Positions 37,845-47,342 of a DNA stretch of 64,000 nt are shown here, one piece after another. The notes beneath the pieces were generated by a model that was not told where the DNA came from, made no database searches, and was given only the letters and a program-made list of their open reading frames with translations. This DNA is from Candidatus Kaiserbacteria bacterium (lineage in GTDB: Bacteria > Patescibacteriota > Minisyncoccia > Phycocordibacterales > Phycocordibacteraceae), in contig OY969413.1 of assembly GCA_963699165.1 (NCBI GenBank), positions 660,562 to 724,561 of the forward strand. The letters are read 5' to 3'. The position numbers and the translations under genes are program-made. Position 1 is the first letter of the stretch; every line of letters starts with the position of its first letter.

Positions 37845-38201
37845 CTAATTTTTTATCTCGGGAATCGGATGTTCTTCGAGGTACTTCGCGAGCGGCGCTT
37901 CAGTCTCGTGCAATTTTGAAATGACGTCATTCCACACGAGCGACAGCAAAATTTCATAATATTCATGTACGACAACATCCCGAAAGCCGGCGATTTTCTT
38001 CCACGGCAAATCTATTTCGGCTCTTGCTTCTTCGGAAACGCGTTTCGCCGTCTCGCCTATCTGTTGCAATTGCATCAAAACGGCATCTTGGGTTTTGCTG
38101 TCCTCGAGAAACTCTTCGTACCTTTGCGTGCCAACATACTGTCGTATGTGCGATATGCATTCGAGCATTTGAGCAATGTACGGACTATCACTCTTTTTCA
38201 T
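37845..38201 (-). CDS. HEPN (DUF86/HepT-like) toxin
   Basis: QDAVLMQLQQIGE, PWKKIAGFRDVVVHEY (R-x4-H-x-Y). Confidence 0.88.
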   Translation of the reverse strand: MKKSDSPYIAQMLECISHIRQYVGTQRYEEFLEDSKTQDAVLMQLQQIGETAKRVSEEARAEIDLPWKKIAGFRDVVVHEYYEILLSLVWNDVISKLHETEAPLAKYLEEHPIPEIKN

Positions 38202-38484
38202 ACAGCATTTTGAGTTCCGGAACGATGTAGGGACGCATAAATTTATTGATAGTTCCTTCGGCCACAACATCGACTTCCCGCTCGAGATTTTGCTCAAGCT
38301 GTTCTTTCAAGTCCATATATGAATACAATCCCATCTGCGGGTCGATTTTAACGAGAATGTCGACATCGCTTTTCGGAGTCGCTTCACCACGCGCAAAAGA
38401 ACCGAATATTTGCGCACGCGTTACGCCGTACTTCTCAAATACGGGGCGTGCCTTTTCTGCGATTTCATCCACTGTCGGTTGCAT
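38188..38484 (-). CDS. Minimal nucleotidyltransferase (MntA-like) antitoxin
   Basis: FGSFARGEATPKSDVDILV, REVDVV. Confidence 0.9.
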   Translation of the reverse strand: MQPTVDEIAEKARPVFEKYGVTRAQIFGSFARGEATPKSDVDILVKIDPQMGLYSYMDLKEQLEQNLEREVDVVAEGTINKFMRPYIVPELKMLYEKE

Positions 38485-38500
38485 GAGCGGATTTTACCAT

Positions 38501-38543
38501 AAAACACATGCGTGACCGGCGAAGCCGGTCACGCATGTGTTTT
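38501..38543. terminator. Terminator hairpin downstream of fusA
   Basis: AAAACACATGCGTGACCGGC-GAA-GCCGGTCACGCATGTGTTTT. Confidence 0.7.
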
Positions 38544-38562
38544 CTATTTTGTTTGCGATGGT

Positions 38563-40710
38563 TTACTTTCTGGACGCGATAATGTCCGCAGCGACGTTGT
38601 TTGGCACGGTGTCGTAGTGGTCGAATTCCATCGTCATTGAGCCGCGGCCTTCGGTCATGGAGCGAAGAGTGGTCGTGTAGCCGAACATTTCGGAAAGTGG
38701 CACTTTTGCGCGGATGGTTTTGTTCATGCCGCGGTCTTCCATGCCTTCGATTTGTCCGCGCTTGCCCGAAAGCGAGCCCGTGATGTCGCCCATGAATTGC
38801 TCCGGCACGATGACTTCGACGCGCATAATCGGTTCAAGAATTACCGCCTTCGCGCGGCCTGCCGCTTCCTGAAACGCCATCGATGCGGCGATTTTGAATG
38901 CGATTTCCGAAGAGTCGACATCGTGGTAGGAGCCGTCGTAGAGGTCGACGGAAATGTCCACCATCGGGAAGCCCGCGAGGAAGCCGCGCGCCATCGCTTC
39001 GCGAACACCCTTCTCCACTGCGGGAATGTATTCCTGCGGAACCACACCGCCTTTGATGTTGTTGATGAATTCAAAGTGGTCTTCGCGTGTGATGTTTTTT
39101 GCAATCTTCGCGCCTTCCACAAGCGGCTCCATTTTCTTCATCTTGATTTTCACGTGACCGTACTGGCCGCGGCCGCCGGTCTGCTTGATGTACTTCCCTT
39201 CTGCATCGGCAGAACCAAGAATCGTTTCGCGGTACGCCACCTGCGGTTTGCCCACATCGGCAACGACATTGAATTCGCGCTTCATGCGGTCAACGAGAAT
39301 TTCAAGATGCAACTCGCCCATGCCCGAGATAATCGTCTCGTTGGTTTCCTCATCGGTCTTGATGCGGAAAGTCGGGTCTTCGTCGGAGAGTTTGCGAAGC
39401 GCAATACCCATTTTCTCTTGGTCGGCCTTTGTCTTCGGCTCGATGCGAAGCGACACCACCGACTCCGGAAACTTAATCTCTTCAAGCACAATCGGACTCG
39501 CCTCATCGCAGAGCGTGTGCGACGTCTTTGTGTCTTTGAGACCAACGGCTGCAGCTATTTCTCCTGTGAAAACCTTTTCAACTTCTTCGCGCTTGTCTGC
39601 TTGAAGGCGGACGATACGGCCGACGCGCTCTTTCGAGCCGGTCGTCGAGTTGTATACATACGAACCGGCCGTGAGCGTACCGGAGTACACGCGGAAGAAG
39701 GTGAGTGCGCCGACAAACGGGTCGGTTTGAAGTTTGAATGCAAGCGCGCAGAACGGTTCGTCGTCGGATGCATGGCGTTCAATCGGCTCATCTGTCTTCG
39801 GGTCTTTACCGGTCGTAGGCGGAAGGTCGAGTGGCGAAGGAAGATAGTCCACAACAGCATCAAGCACGAGCTGTACGCCCTTGTTTTTGAGCGCACTGCC
39901 GCAGTACACCGGAAATACTTCATTGTGAATAACCGCCTTGCGAAGAAGCGCCTTGAGTTCATCAATGCTCGGCTCCTTGCCTTCGAGATAGGCATTCATC
40001 GCCGTGTCGTCCTGCTCGACGATGCGCTCGATGAGTTCGCCGCGGAATTTCTTCGCGTCGTCCAAAAGATTTGCCGGAACTTCGCCTTCGACAACGTCTT
40101 CGCCCATGTTGCCCGTAAAGGTGTACGACTTCATCGAAAGAAGATCGACGACGCCTTCATGCGCGGACTCTTCGCCTATCGGAATCTGCATGCGAATCGC
40201 TTTCGGCGATAGGCGGTCAAGAATGCTTGCGTACGAGCGCTCAAACGATGCGCCCGTGCGGTCGAGCTTGTTGATGAAACAAACGCGCGGCACTTTTGCC
40301 TCATCGGCGTAGCGCCAGTTGGTTTCGGACTGCGGTTCGACGCCGGCAACGCCGTCAAAGACGACGACTGCGCCGTCGAGAACGCGCATGGAGCGCTTCA
40401 CTTCGGCAGTGAAGTCGATGTGTCCCGGCGTGTCGATAACATTGAAACGGAATTTCTTCGCTTTATCTTTTTTGTCCTTCTCGCTCGTGCGCGTCCAGAA
40501 ACAGGTAATGGCGGCGGCCGTGATGGTGATGCCGCGCTCGCGCTCCTGCTCCATCCAGTCGGTGGTCGTCTCGCCTTCGTGCACTTCGCCGATTTTGTGC
40601 TGCGAACCGGTATAGAAAAGCACGCGCTCGCTGGTCGTCGTTTTACCGGCGTCGATGTGGGCGATGATTCCGAAATTACGAACTTTCTCGAGTGGATAGT
40701 CGCGGTTCAT
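38563..40710 (-). CDS. fusA: Elongation factor G
   Basis: [31 protein letters not shown]. Confidence 0.98.
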   Translation of the reverse strand: MNRDYPLEKVRNFGIIAHIDAGKTTTSERVLFYTGSQHKIGEVHEGETTTDWMEQERERGITITAAAITCFWTRTSEKDKKDKAKKFRFNVIDTPGHIDFTAEVKRSMRVLDGAVVVFDGVAGVEPQSETNWRYADEAKVPRVCFINKLDRTGASFERSYASILDRLSPKAIRMQIPIGEESAHEGVVDLLSMKSYTFTGNMGEDVVEGEVPANLLDDAKKFRGELIERIVEQDDTAMNAYLEGKEPSIDELKALLRKAVIHNEVFPVYCGSALKNKGVQLVLDAVVDYLPSPLDLPPTTGKDPKTDEPIERHASDDEPFCALAFKLQTDPFVGALTFFRVYSGTLTAGSYVYNSTTGSKERVGRIVRLQADKREEVEKVFTGEIAAAVGLKDTKTSHTLCDEASPIVLEEIKFPESVVSLRIEPKTKADQEKMGIALRKLSDEDPTFRIKTDEETNETIISGMGELHLEILVDRMKREFNVVADVGKPQVAYRETILGSADAEGKYIKQTGGRGQYGHVKIKMKKMEPLVEGAKIAKNITREDHFEFINNIKGGVVPQEYIPAVEKGVREAMARGFLAGFPMVDISVDLYDGSYHDVDSSEIAFKIAASMAFQEAAGRAKAVILEPIMRVEVIVPEQFMGDITGSLSGKRGQIEGMEDRGMNKTIRAKVPLSEMFGYTTTLRSMTEGRGSMTMEFDHYDTVPNNVAADIIASRK

Positions 40711-40791
40711 ATAATGGTTACAAAAATAAAATGCGCGGAGCGCAGGTTGATAGTATCACGCACCGAACTGCTCTGCGAGTGAACGCAGAAA

Positions 40792-41256
40792 TCACCACGC
40801 AAAGTGAGCAAATGCCTTGTTGGCGTCTGCCATGCGGTGCATCTCGTCCTTCTTCTTGATTGCATCGCCTTCGTTCTTTGCGGCAAGCAGGAGTTCGGCG
40901 GCGAGTTTCTCGGCCATCGGCTTCCCTTTCTTTGCGCGGGCGGCATTGATAATCCAGCGGAACGAGAGTGCGAGGCGGCGCGTCTGCGGAACTTCGCGCG
41001 GCACTTGGTAGTTGGCGCCTCCGACGCGGCGGGAGCGGACTTCCATCAAAGGAGACACGTTGCGAAGCGCGGACTCAAACGTCTCAAGTGGATTCTCTCC
41101 GCCCTTCTCGATGACGGCGAGCGCATCGTATACGACTGCACGGGCAGTGTCTTTCTTTCCGTCCCACATGACGGCATTGATAAAGCGGGAGAGGGTCTCT
41201 GAACCGTATTTGAGGTCAGGACGCCACGTTCGTTTCTTTTTAAGAGGTCGGCGCAT
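40792..41256 (-). CDS. rpsG: 30S ribosomal protein S7
   Basis: EVRSRRVGGANYQVP, HRMADANKAFAHF. Confidence 0.96.
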   Translation of the reverse strand: MRRPLKKKRTWRPDLKYGSETLSRFINAVMWDGKKDTARAVVYDALAVIEKGGENPLETFESALRNVSPLMEVRSRRVGGANYQVPREVPQTRRLALSFRWIINAARAKKGKPMAEKLAAELLLAAKNEGDAIKKKDEMHRMADANKAFAHFAW

Positions 41257-41386
41257 ATCAGTTTTTGAAAGCACCAATTCCCAAATTCGAAATATCAAAC
41301 AAGTCGGAAACGCCGTTCGAATTTGCTGTCTTGTATTTTGAGAATTGAGATTTCATATTTATTTGGAATTTGTTGCTTCGAATTTT

Positions 41387-41803
41387 TTATTTTGCTTTAC
41401 TGGGGCGCTTCGCACCGTAGCGAGAGCGGCCGCGGCGGCGCTTCTCAATGCCGCTCGTGTCGAGCTTCCCGCGAACGATGGTGTACTGCACGCCGATGTC
41501 TTTCACGCGGCCGCCGCGAAGCAAGACCACGGAGTGTTCCTGCAGGTTGTGGCCTTCGCCCGGAATGTAGGCCGTGACTTCCATGCCGTTTGTGAGGCGG
41601 ACGCGGGCGATTTTACGAATAGCGGAGTTCGGTTTTCTCGGGGTCTTGGTGGTCACTTTCGTGCACACGCCGCGCTTAAACGGCGAGGAGTAGAAGGTAG
41701 GACGGTTCTTAAGTGCGTTAAAACCGCGGGCCAATGCAGGCACGGTCGTCTTGCGCGACTTGTTCTTGCGTCCTTTCTTTGAGAGTTGGTTAATTGTAGA
41801 CAT
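41387..41803 (-). CDS. rpsL: 30S ribosomal protein S12
   Basis: [28 protein letters not shown]. Confidence 0.96.
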   Translation of the reverse strand: MSTINQLSKKGRKNKSRKTTVPALARGFNALKNRPTFYSSPFKRGVCTKVTTKTPRKPNSAIRKIARVRLTNGMEVTAYIPGEGHNLQEHSVVLLRGGRVKDIGVQYTIVRGKLDTSGIEKRRRGRSRYGAKRPSKAK

Positions 41804-41836
41804 TTAGAAAAAGAAGACCCGAGAAGGGTCAGAGCC

Positions 41837-41865
41837 AATATAAAGGAATACCGCCCAGAATGCAA
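41837..41865 (-). promoter_or_regulatory. rpsL promoter
   Basis: TTGCAT, 17-bp spacer, TATATT. Confidence 0.6.
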
Positions 41866-41916
41866 ACCCGCCGCTCGCTGTCTGTCCATAGCCACGCAAA
41901 CAATCACCAACAACCA

Positions 41917-41954
41917 ATACGCAAATACTACCATATATGGTAGTATTTGCGTAT
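41917..41954. promoter_or_regulatory. 38-bp perfect palindrome over the -10 box and start of the TrpR-like gene (candidate operator)
   Basis: ATACGCAAATACTACCATA|TATGGTAGTATTTGCGTAT. Confidence 0.65.
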
Positions 41955-42375
41955 GAAAAAGAAGACGGAAGAATTGAGTGAGACGGAACGCACACGGACA
42001 CTCGATGCGCTTTATACCGCGGCCGGAGCAGTGCGGGGCCGCTCCGCCATGAAGCTTTTCCTACGAGATCTTCTAACCGAAAGCGAACGAATCATGCTCG
42101 GCAGACGAATTTTAATCGCCCGGCTTCTTCTGCAAGATGATACTTACGATTCCATCAGGCAACGAACAGGAGCGGGGTATTGCACGATTGAACGCGTTCA
42201 TCGATGGCTGAAAGATCAGTTGCCCGGCTATGAAACCGCCATTGCCGCAATGGAGAAAGAGTTCGATGCGCGCGATTCAAAAAAGGAGTATTCTGAAAGC
42301 CCTCTCTTTCGACTAAAGAAAAAATATCCTCTTCATTTTCTTCTTTTTCCGGAGCCGAAACAGAAAAAGAAATAG
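41953..42375 (+). CDS. TrpR-like (YerC/YecD) repressor
   Basis: FLRDLLTESERIMLGRRILIARLL...TYDSI...GAGYCTIERVHRWL. Confidence 0.85.
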   Translation: MKKKTEELSETERTRTLDALYTAAGAVRGRSAMKLFLRDLLTESERIMLGRRILIARLLLQDDTYDSIRQRTGAGYCTIERVHRWLKDQLPGYETAIAAMEKEFDARDSKKEYSESPLFRLKKKYPLHFLLFPEPKQKKK

Positions 42376-42387
42376 ACAGGTGCTCCG

Positions 42388-42441
42388 CGCACGGCAAAAC
42401 AAGACACTACCATATATGGTAGTGTCTTGTTTTGCCGTGCG
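42388..42441. repeat. 54-bp perfect palindrome with the same 18-bp core as 41917-41954
   Basis: CGCACGGCAAAACAAGACACTACCATA|TATGGTAGTGTCTTGTTTTGCCGTGCG. Confidence 0.75.
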
Positions 42442-42460
42442 AGATTCTTTCCAGCTACAT

Positions 42461-43408
42461 TTACTCAACTGGCTCGCGATACGGGTCGGTCGAATAGGGC
42501 TTTGCGGCAGGCGGGGGCGCAATCGGGGTGCTAGCTGTGGGGGGCAGCGGCGCGGCGGGCGGAAAGATTCGTGAGGGCGGTGCAAACGAAGGGGGCGGCG
42601 GCATTATTCGATTAATAGAAGGGGGCGGCGGAATCCGGTTTATCGACGGCATTGCCGGCGGCATTGCGCCCGGAAGATTCGGCGGAGGCGTTGGGGTGCG
42701 TGCCGGTTGTTGCGAGACGCCATTGTTGAATGAAATATGCGGCTCTTCACGGTCTTCCAAAAGCTTTTCATTTTCGGCAATCGGGCTTTGCGTGTATCGA
42801 GGCGGAAGCGGCGGCGGAACGGCGCGCGGTGCCTGCGCAGGTTGCGGATGCGCGGGTGCCGGATGCGCGGGCGCATGCGGCGCGGGTGACAACGAGGACG
42901 AACGGTCCATGGTCTTTACGAAAATATCGTTGTATTCGGAATGCAGGTAGCGCGGGGACTGCAGCGGCGGCGCATAATTATCAGCGGTCTTTTTTTCATC
43001 CGGACGATTTGCCGCAGGAGCCGGAGGAGCCACGGGCGAAGGCGGCGCGGCTTCCGGAGCTTTCGCGGCAGTTCCCTTTTCCATCTTATCGCGCAGGGGA
43101 ACGAATATTCGTTCATTAACATCTTTCATAATGCCCGTAACGAGCGCGTCCGGAATCCCGCCGTCGTTTTTTAGCGCGGCGGCGAATTCATTCGGGTCTT
43201 CTATGCCGAGCAAAAGCAAAATGACGTTGCGTACTAATACGCCCGCCTGGTCGATATGCAAGGAGTAGGTCGCCGAGAGGTCCTGCACAACGGGAATGTA
43301 TGCGCTGTCCTCGAAATATTGCCGAATCGCCGCCGGAAGAGTCCGCATTATCACATTCAGACTTTCTTCAAACTGGGAATCGTTTATGCTGTTGCCATCG
43401 GTATCCAT
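42461..43408 (-). CDS. Hypothetical protein with a helical N-terminus and Pro-rich tail
   Basis: LHIDQAG...LLLLG...NERIFVPLR; ends YSTDPYREPVE. Confidence 0.75.
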   Translation of the reverse strand: MDTDGNSINDSQFEESLNVIMRTLPAAIRQYFEDSAYIPVVQDLSATYSLHIDQAGVLVRNVILLLLGIEDPNEFAAALKNDGGIPDALVTGIMKDVNERIFVPLRDKMEKGTAAKAPEAAPPSPVAPPAPAANRPDEKKTADNYAPPLQSPRYLHSEYNDIFVKTMDRSSSLSPAPHAPAHPAPAHPQPAQAPRAVPPPLPPRYTQSPIAENEKLLEDREEPHISFNNGVSQQPARTPTPPPNLPGAMPPAMPSINRIPPPPSINRIMPPPPSFAPPSRIFPPAAPLPPTASTPIAPPPAAKPYSTDPYREPVE

Positions 43409-43417
43409 ATGAATAGA

Positions 43418-45706
43418 TTACTTCCCTTTTTCTTCTCCGCCCTCTTTCTTTTCCTCCTTTTCCCCACCCTCCTCTTTTTCCGCATTCTTTGCCGCCTTTC
43501 TGATGGCCGCGAGAATTCGCTCATTGTCATCCGAGGCCTTAAGGTCGGAATCCGACTTTTTGCCCGCAAGACGCTTCTTAATCGCTAGCGCGGCGTCTCT
43601 ATTTGCTTTCGGATCTACGCCCAGCACGTGTGCGCCACCCGCATAAATCGCCGCGGCGGCGGGTATTGCCGCGGCACCGGTGCCGACAGCAGCGGATGCA
43701 AACCCCGCCGCAAATAGAGAGCGAGGAAGCGAACCGGCGGCACTGCCCACCGCTCCCATAGCTTTCCCGGATAGGGTGCTCCCCGCATTCTCGAGATTTT
43801 CCGCATATTTCGTTTGTCTTGCAAGGGCAGAATTTGGTTCCTCAATGCGTTTTCTCGTATCCGCTTCTTCTTTGGTGGCCGCCGCCAAGTTTCTCGTCGC
43901 TTCTTCAAGGTCGGTCGCCGCGGTAGCAAGTTTGGTTTCGTTACCGGCAAGGTCTGCTTTCGCCTTCGTTAATTCCGCCTCTTTGGCGGGGTCGAATGAA
44001 CGGCCCTTCACCGCCTTTTCCGCTTCAAGACCCCGTATCATCTCTTTGATTCTCGTTGATTCCTGCGCGATGGTTGTATGCTCGCTTTTAGCCGCGTTGT
44101 ATGTATCTTTCGCGCCCCTGCTTGCGTCCTCCGCCCGCTGAATCTCGGCGGTGTCTTTTTCGGTTAGTTTGCGCGCCGAAATTGTTTTAGCATAATCTGT
44201 ACGGGCTTTCGTAGCAGCTTCTTCGGACTGCCTGTACCCGCCCTTGTAAGCGGTCCCCGCATCAATTTTGGCCGACTTGAGCCCCGCCTTCACCGGAGCA
44301 ATGCCGCGAATGTCCCAATTACCGGTTGCACCCTTATCAGCAAGGGCCGCGAGATGTCTTCCAGCTTCGGTTGTGCCAAGCTTGGAAGAGCGAATTCCGC
44401 GTGCAGCACCCTGCAAAGCGCGTCCGGCGGTATTGCGCATCACAAAAGAGGAGGTGCCCCCCATGATTTTGCCGGTCATTTGCGTCGCCTGCTTCGTCCA
44501 AAACGCTTTCAACTGGCCGGCGGCAACGACGACGTAGCCGAGAAGACCCATTGCAACGAGGAAGGAAAGGAACACACCGGCGAAGCCAGGTACCGTCGCG
44601 GCATTCGGGTTCCCAGTGAAAGCCGTCCACGCATCGCTTGCGCATTGCGACGCGCCGGAAGTGGCCGAACAGGTTCCCATAAGAAACTGCGCATCCGTGA
44701 TGACCGCAAGCGCTATATAGAGGAGAAGGAGGAGTATTGGAGCCGTTATGGTTTGGTCGGAAAGCATCTTCCACCACCATTTAGCGGTGCCCTGCAACTG
44801 CGGCACGATGTATCCGGCAAAACCGAGCGGCGAAAGAATGATGAGGAAAAGCAGCATAACGAAACGCGCGATGAGTATGAAGGCAAGCGTGAACAAAACG
44901 AACGTCGCAACAAGAAAAATGATGCTCGCCATAAAGCCGATGAGCAATGTGTTCCCCGCCCTGAAAAACCCGTTGTCCGTCTGCGAGTGTTCGTAGATGG
45001 TGGCCAAGCCGATATTTCCCAAAATTTTGTCTGAAATGCTTTCGTTGCCCGCAGTATGCGCCGGCTGACCGCCGTTGATTTGCGTATAAAATTCGGTTGC
45101 AAAAAGATTGCCGACATCGACAATCGCTTCGGATATAAATAGCGAGAAATTGAGAAAAATCGCGGCAATGAGCATCATCGGGAGCATTTTTTTGCCTCCG
45201 CCGTACCAGTTCACGTTAAGAATGGTCGTGATGCCGACGGCGAGAAAACCGAAGATGAGCAGAATGTTGCCGATATCGCGGAGAATGCGCCACGCAACGC
45301 CGACGGCGGTGAGCTGCTTCACGTAGCTGCCCATAATGACGATGGTGAAGTACACCGCATTGTCGAGCGTGATTGCGGCAATGCCGAGAAGCCACGCGAA
45401 CAGCTTCATGATTTGCAGCATCGCCAAACTGAACGGGTCGCTCGCATCTGCGGAAGCGCCTGTTGGATTTGTGGGCTGATCGGTTGCCGAAGGCGTATAT
45501 GTCGACGAGCCGGGAACACCTCCGTAAGCCGTTGGCGACATACAAACTGCCGCATTCGGATTGCCGTCTTCTCCGGAGTATTCGCAAACATCGCCTCCCG
45601 TACATGCCGGTGTGCAGGTTTGGGCGTGCGCAAGGCGCGCAAATCCGATTGCCCCGCCGGATGAGAGCGAGAGCGTTATGAGCAAAAGAATGAGGAATCG
45701 TTTCAT
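43418..45706 (-). CDS. Polytopic membrane protein, VirB6/TrbL-like, with a coiled-coil tail
   Basis: WRILRDIGN, LIAAIFLNFS, ARFVMLLFLIILSPLGF, WWWKML. Confidence 0.6.
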   Translation of the reverse strand: MKRFLILLLITLSLSSGGAIGFARLAHAQTCTPACTGGDVCEYSGEDGNPNAAVCMSPTAYGGVPGSSTYTPSATDQPTNPTGASADASDPFSLAMLQIMKLFAWLLGIAAITLDNAVYFTIVIMGSYVKQLTAVGVAWRILRDIGNILLIFGFLAVGITTILNVNWYGGGKKMLPMMLIAAIFLNFSLFISEAIVDVGNLFATEFYTQINGGQPAHTAGNESISDKILGNIGLATIYEHSQTDNGFFRAGNTLLIGFMASIIFLVATFVLFTLAFILIARFVMLLFLIILSPLGFAGYIVPQLQGTAKWWWKMLSDQTITAPILLLLLYIALAVITDAQFLMGTCSATSGASQCASDAWTAFTGNPNAATVPGFAGVFLSFLVAMGLLGYVVVAAGQLKAFWTKQATQMTGKIMGGTSSFVMRNTAGRALQGAARGIRSSKLGTTEAGRHLAALADKGATGNWDIRGIAPVKAGLKSAKIDAGTAYKGGYRQSEEAATKARTDYAKTISARKLTEKDTAEIQRAEDASRGAKDTYNAAKSEHTTIAQESTRIKEMIRGLEAEKAVKGRSFDPAKEAELTKAKADLAGNETKLATAATDLEEATRNLAAATKEEADTRKRIEEPNSALARQTKYAENLENAGSTLSGKAMGAVGSAAGSLPRSLFAAGFASAAVGTGAAAIPAAAAIYAGGAHVLGVDPKANRDAALAIKKRLAGKKSDSDLKASDDNERILAAIRKAAKNAEKEEGGEKEEKKEGGEEKGK

Positions 45707-45713
45707 GGTGTTA

Positions 45714-47342
45714 CTATCCTCCGCCATCGCCGGAAACCGGATTGGAGGTTGCTGGTGCGCAAAGAGCGGCGGCGGCATTCGCATTTGCGGTTATGAGGTT
45801 CATCTGGTCCTGAAGCGTGCCGCCCGAGACGGTGAGCGAACCGACGGGATTCGCTTTCGCTTGTCCGGTCGTTTGTGCGTCCCCTTGCGCGGTTTGGACA
45901 TCTGCCGCGGTCGGCGTGTCTCCCATGAGCGTTGACAGGTCGGTTGAAAACGTCGTGATTTCTTCCTGCGTGGTCGGACTGCTTTCCGCGTTTACCTTTG
46001 CGGCGAATTGCCGCGTGGCTTCCGCGGTCGATATCGACGTCTGCGCTTGCGTTATCACCGGCGTTATCTCGCTATCAAGCGCCGCCTGCGCTTGCGCGGC
46101 CGTCACTCCGCCGCCGAATACGCTCGCGTTCGCGGCGCATGCCGTGCCCGCCGCGCGGACGGCTGACTCGGCCGCATTCGCCGCCGAAAGAACGGTATTC
46201 CACGCGCTTTCATAGGAATTTATATTCGCAATGGTGTCGTTTACCACGGAATTCGCCGCGCTCGACGCTGAAGACGACGCGGTCTGGGTAGGCGCGCTGT
46301 TGACGTACTGCTCGATGAGCGAACTCGAGCCGCTGCCCGAGGACGGCTGGGTGGAACCGAAGAGACCTCCTTCGACGCCGCCGATGACTTTGTTGAGAAT
46401 CGAGGACATGAGGTCCGAAATCAAATCATTAATCTGGTTCGCCGAAACGATTTTGTCGACATTCGCGCCAAGTGATTTGTTGAGGGACGCAACGATGACC
46501 GAACCCGGAGTATCTACGGTGCCCTCGCTGCCGTCCGCGTTCACGCATTGCACGGGAGCAACCGCGTTAACCGCCGTGCTTGATTCGCACGCATATGAGG
46601 GTTTGCCGTCTTCCATTCCGGTTTGCGAGCAGGTTTGTCCGCCCGGACATGTGCCGCAAGGCCCTCCGGCGCTCGAAACATTCGTGCTTCCGCCGCCGCA
46701 CCATGACATGAAACCTTGTCCCCAATTCAGCTGTTGCTGTTTGGTCGATTGCGCACCTCCTACAAGCGAGGCCAGCTGATTCTGCGAATTCTGATACAGC
46801 ATGAACGGATTATTCTGGTCCTGCGTCGTGAGAGCAAGCCAAGCCGATACGCCGCCCTTTGTCCAATCGCCCGCGAGAAAGTCGTTGATAGTCGCCGGGT
46901 TAAGAGTGCACTGATTTTTCACCCAAAATCCGCCGGTACCGGTGTTCTGCAGATAATTAGTGCGCAACGATGAGACAATTGACGATGCAAACGGGGAGTT
47001 TGAATTCTGCATAAATTGAGTTAAAAATGCATTTGCTTGCGTGTCGCCGATATTTTGCAGAAGTTGCGACAGATTTTGCACATACATCGGACTGCTGTTG
47101 TTGCCCGGATTATTTACGAAATTCACTACACTGCCGGTAATGGATTGAATTAATTTTGAAGAAACCTCGAACTGTAGCGCGTCGAGAAATTCGTGGGCTA
47201 TTTTGCTCCAAAGCGTAGAACCCTCTGTTAGGAAATCGGCCACCGGCACGCCGAGTTGCGCATGCGCCGGACGCGGAGCACTCAAAAAAGCGGCCGGCGC
47301 GACGAGGATGAAAACCGCGATGAGCGCAAGCTGTTTCCTCAT
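45714..47342 (-). CDS. Secreted hypothetical protein
   Basis: Signal peptide ending AHA; QNNPF, WGQGFMSW, TPGSVI; paired Cys. Confidence 0.7.
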   Translation of the reverse strand: MRKQLALIAVFILVAPAAFLSAPRPAHAQLGVPVADFLTEGSTLWSKIAHEFLDALQFEVSSKLIQSITGSVVNFVNNPGNNSSPMYVQNLSQLLQNIGDTQANAFLTQFMQNSNSPFASSIVSSLRTNYLQNTGTGGFWVKNQCTLNPATINDFLAGDWTKGGVSAWLALTTQDQNNPFMLYQNSQNQLASLVGGAQSTKQQQLNWGQGFMSWCGGGSTNVSSAGGPCGTCPGGQTCSQTGMEDGKPSYACESSTAVNAVAPVQCVNADGSEGTVDTPGSVIVASLNKSLGANVDKIVSANQINDLISDLMSSILNKVIGGVEGGLFGSTQPSSGSGSSSLIEQYVNSAPTQTASSSASSAANSVVNDTIANINSYESAWNTVLSAANAAESAVRAAGTACAANASVFGGGVTAAQAQAALDSEITPVITQAQTSISTAEATRQFAAKVNAESSPTTQEEITTFSTDLSTLMGDTPTAADVQTAQGDAQTTGQAKANPVGSLTVSGGTLQDQMNLITANANAAAALCAPATSNPVSGDGGG

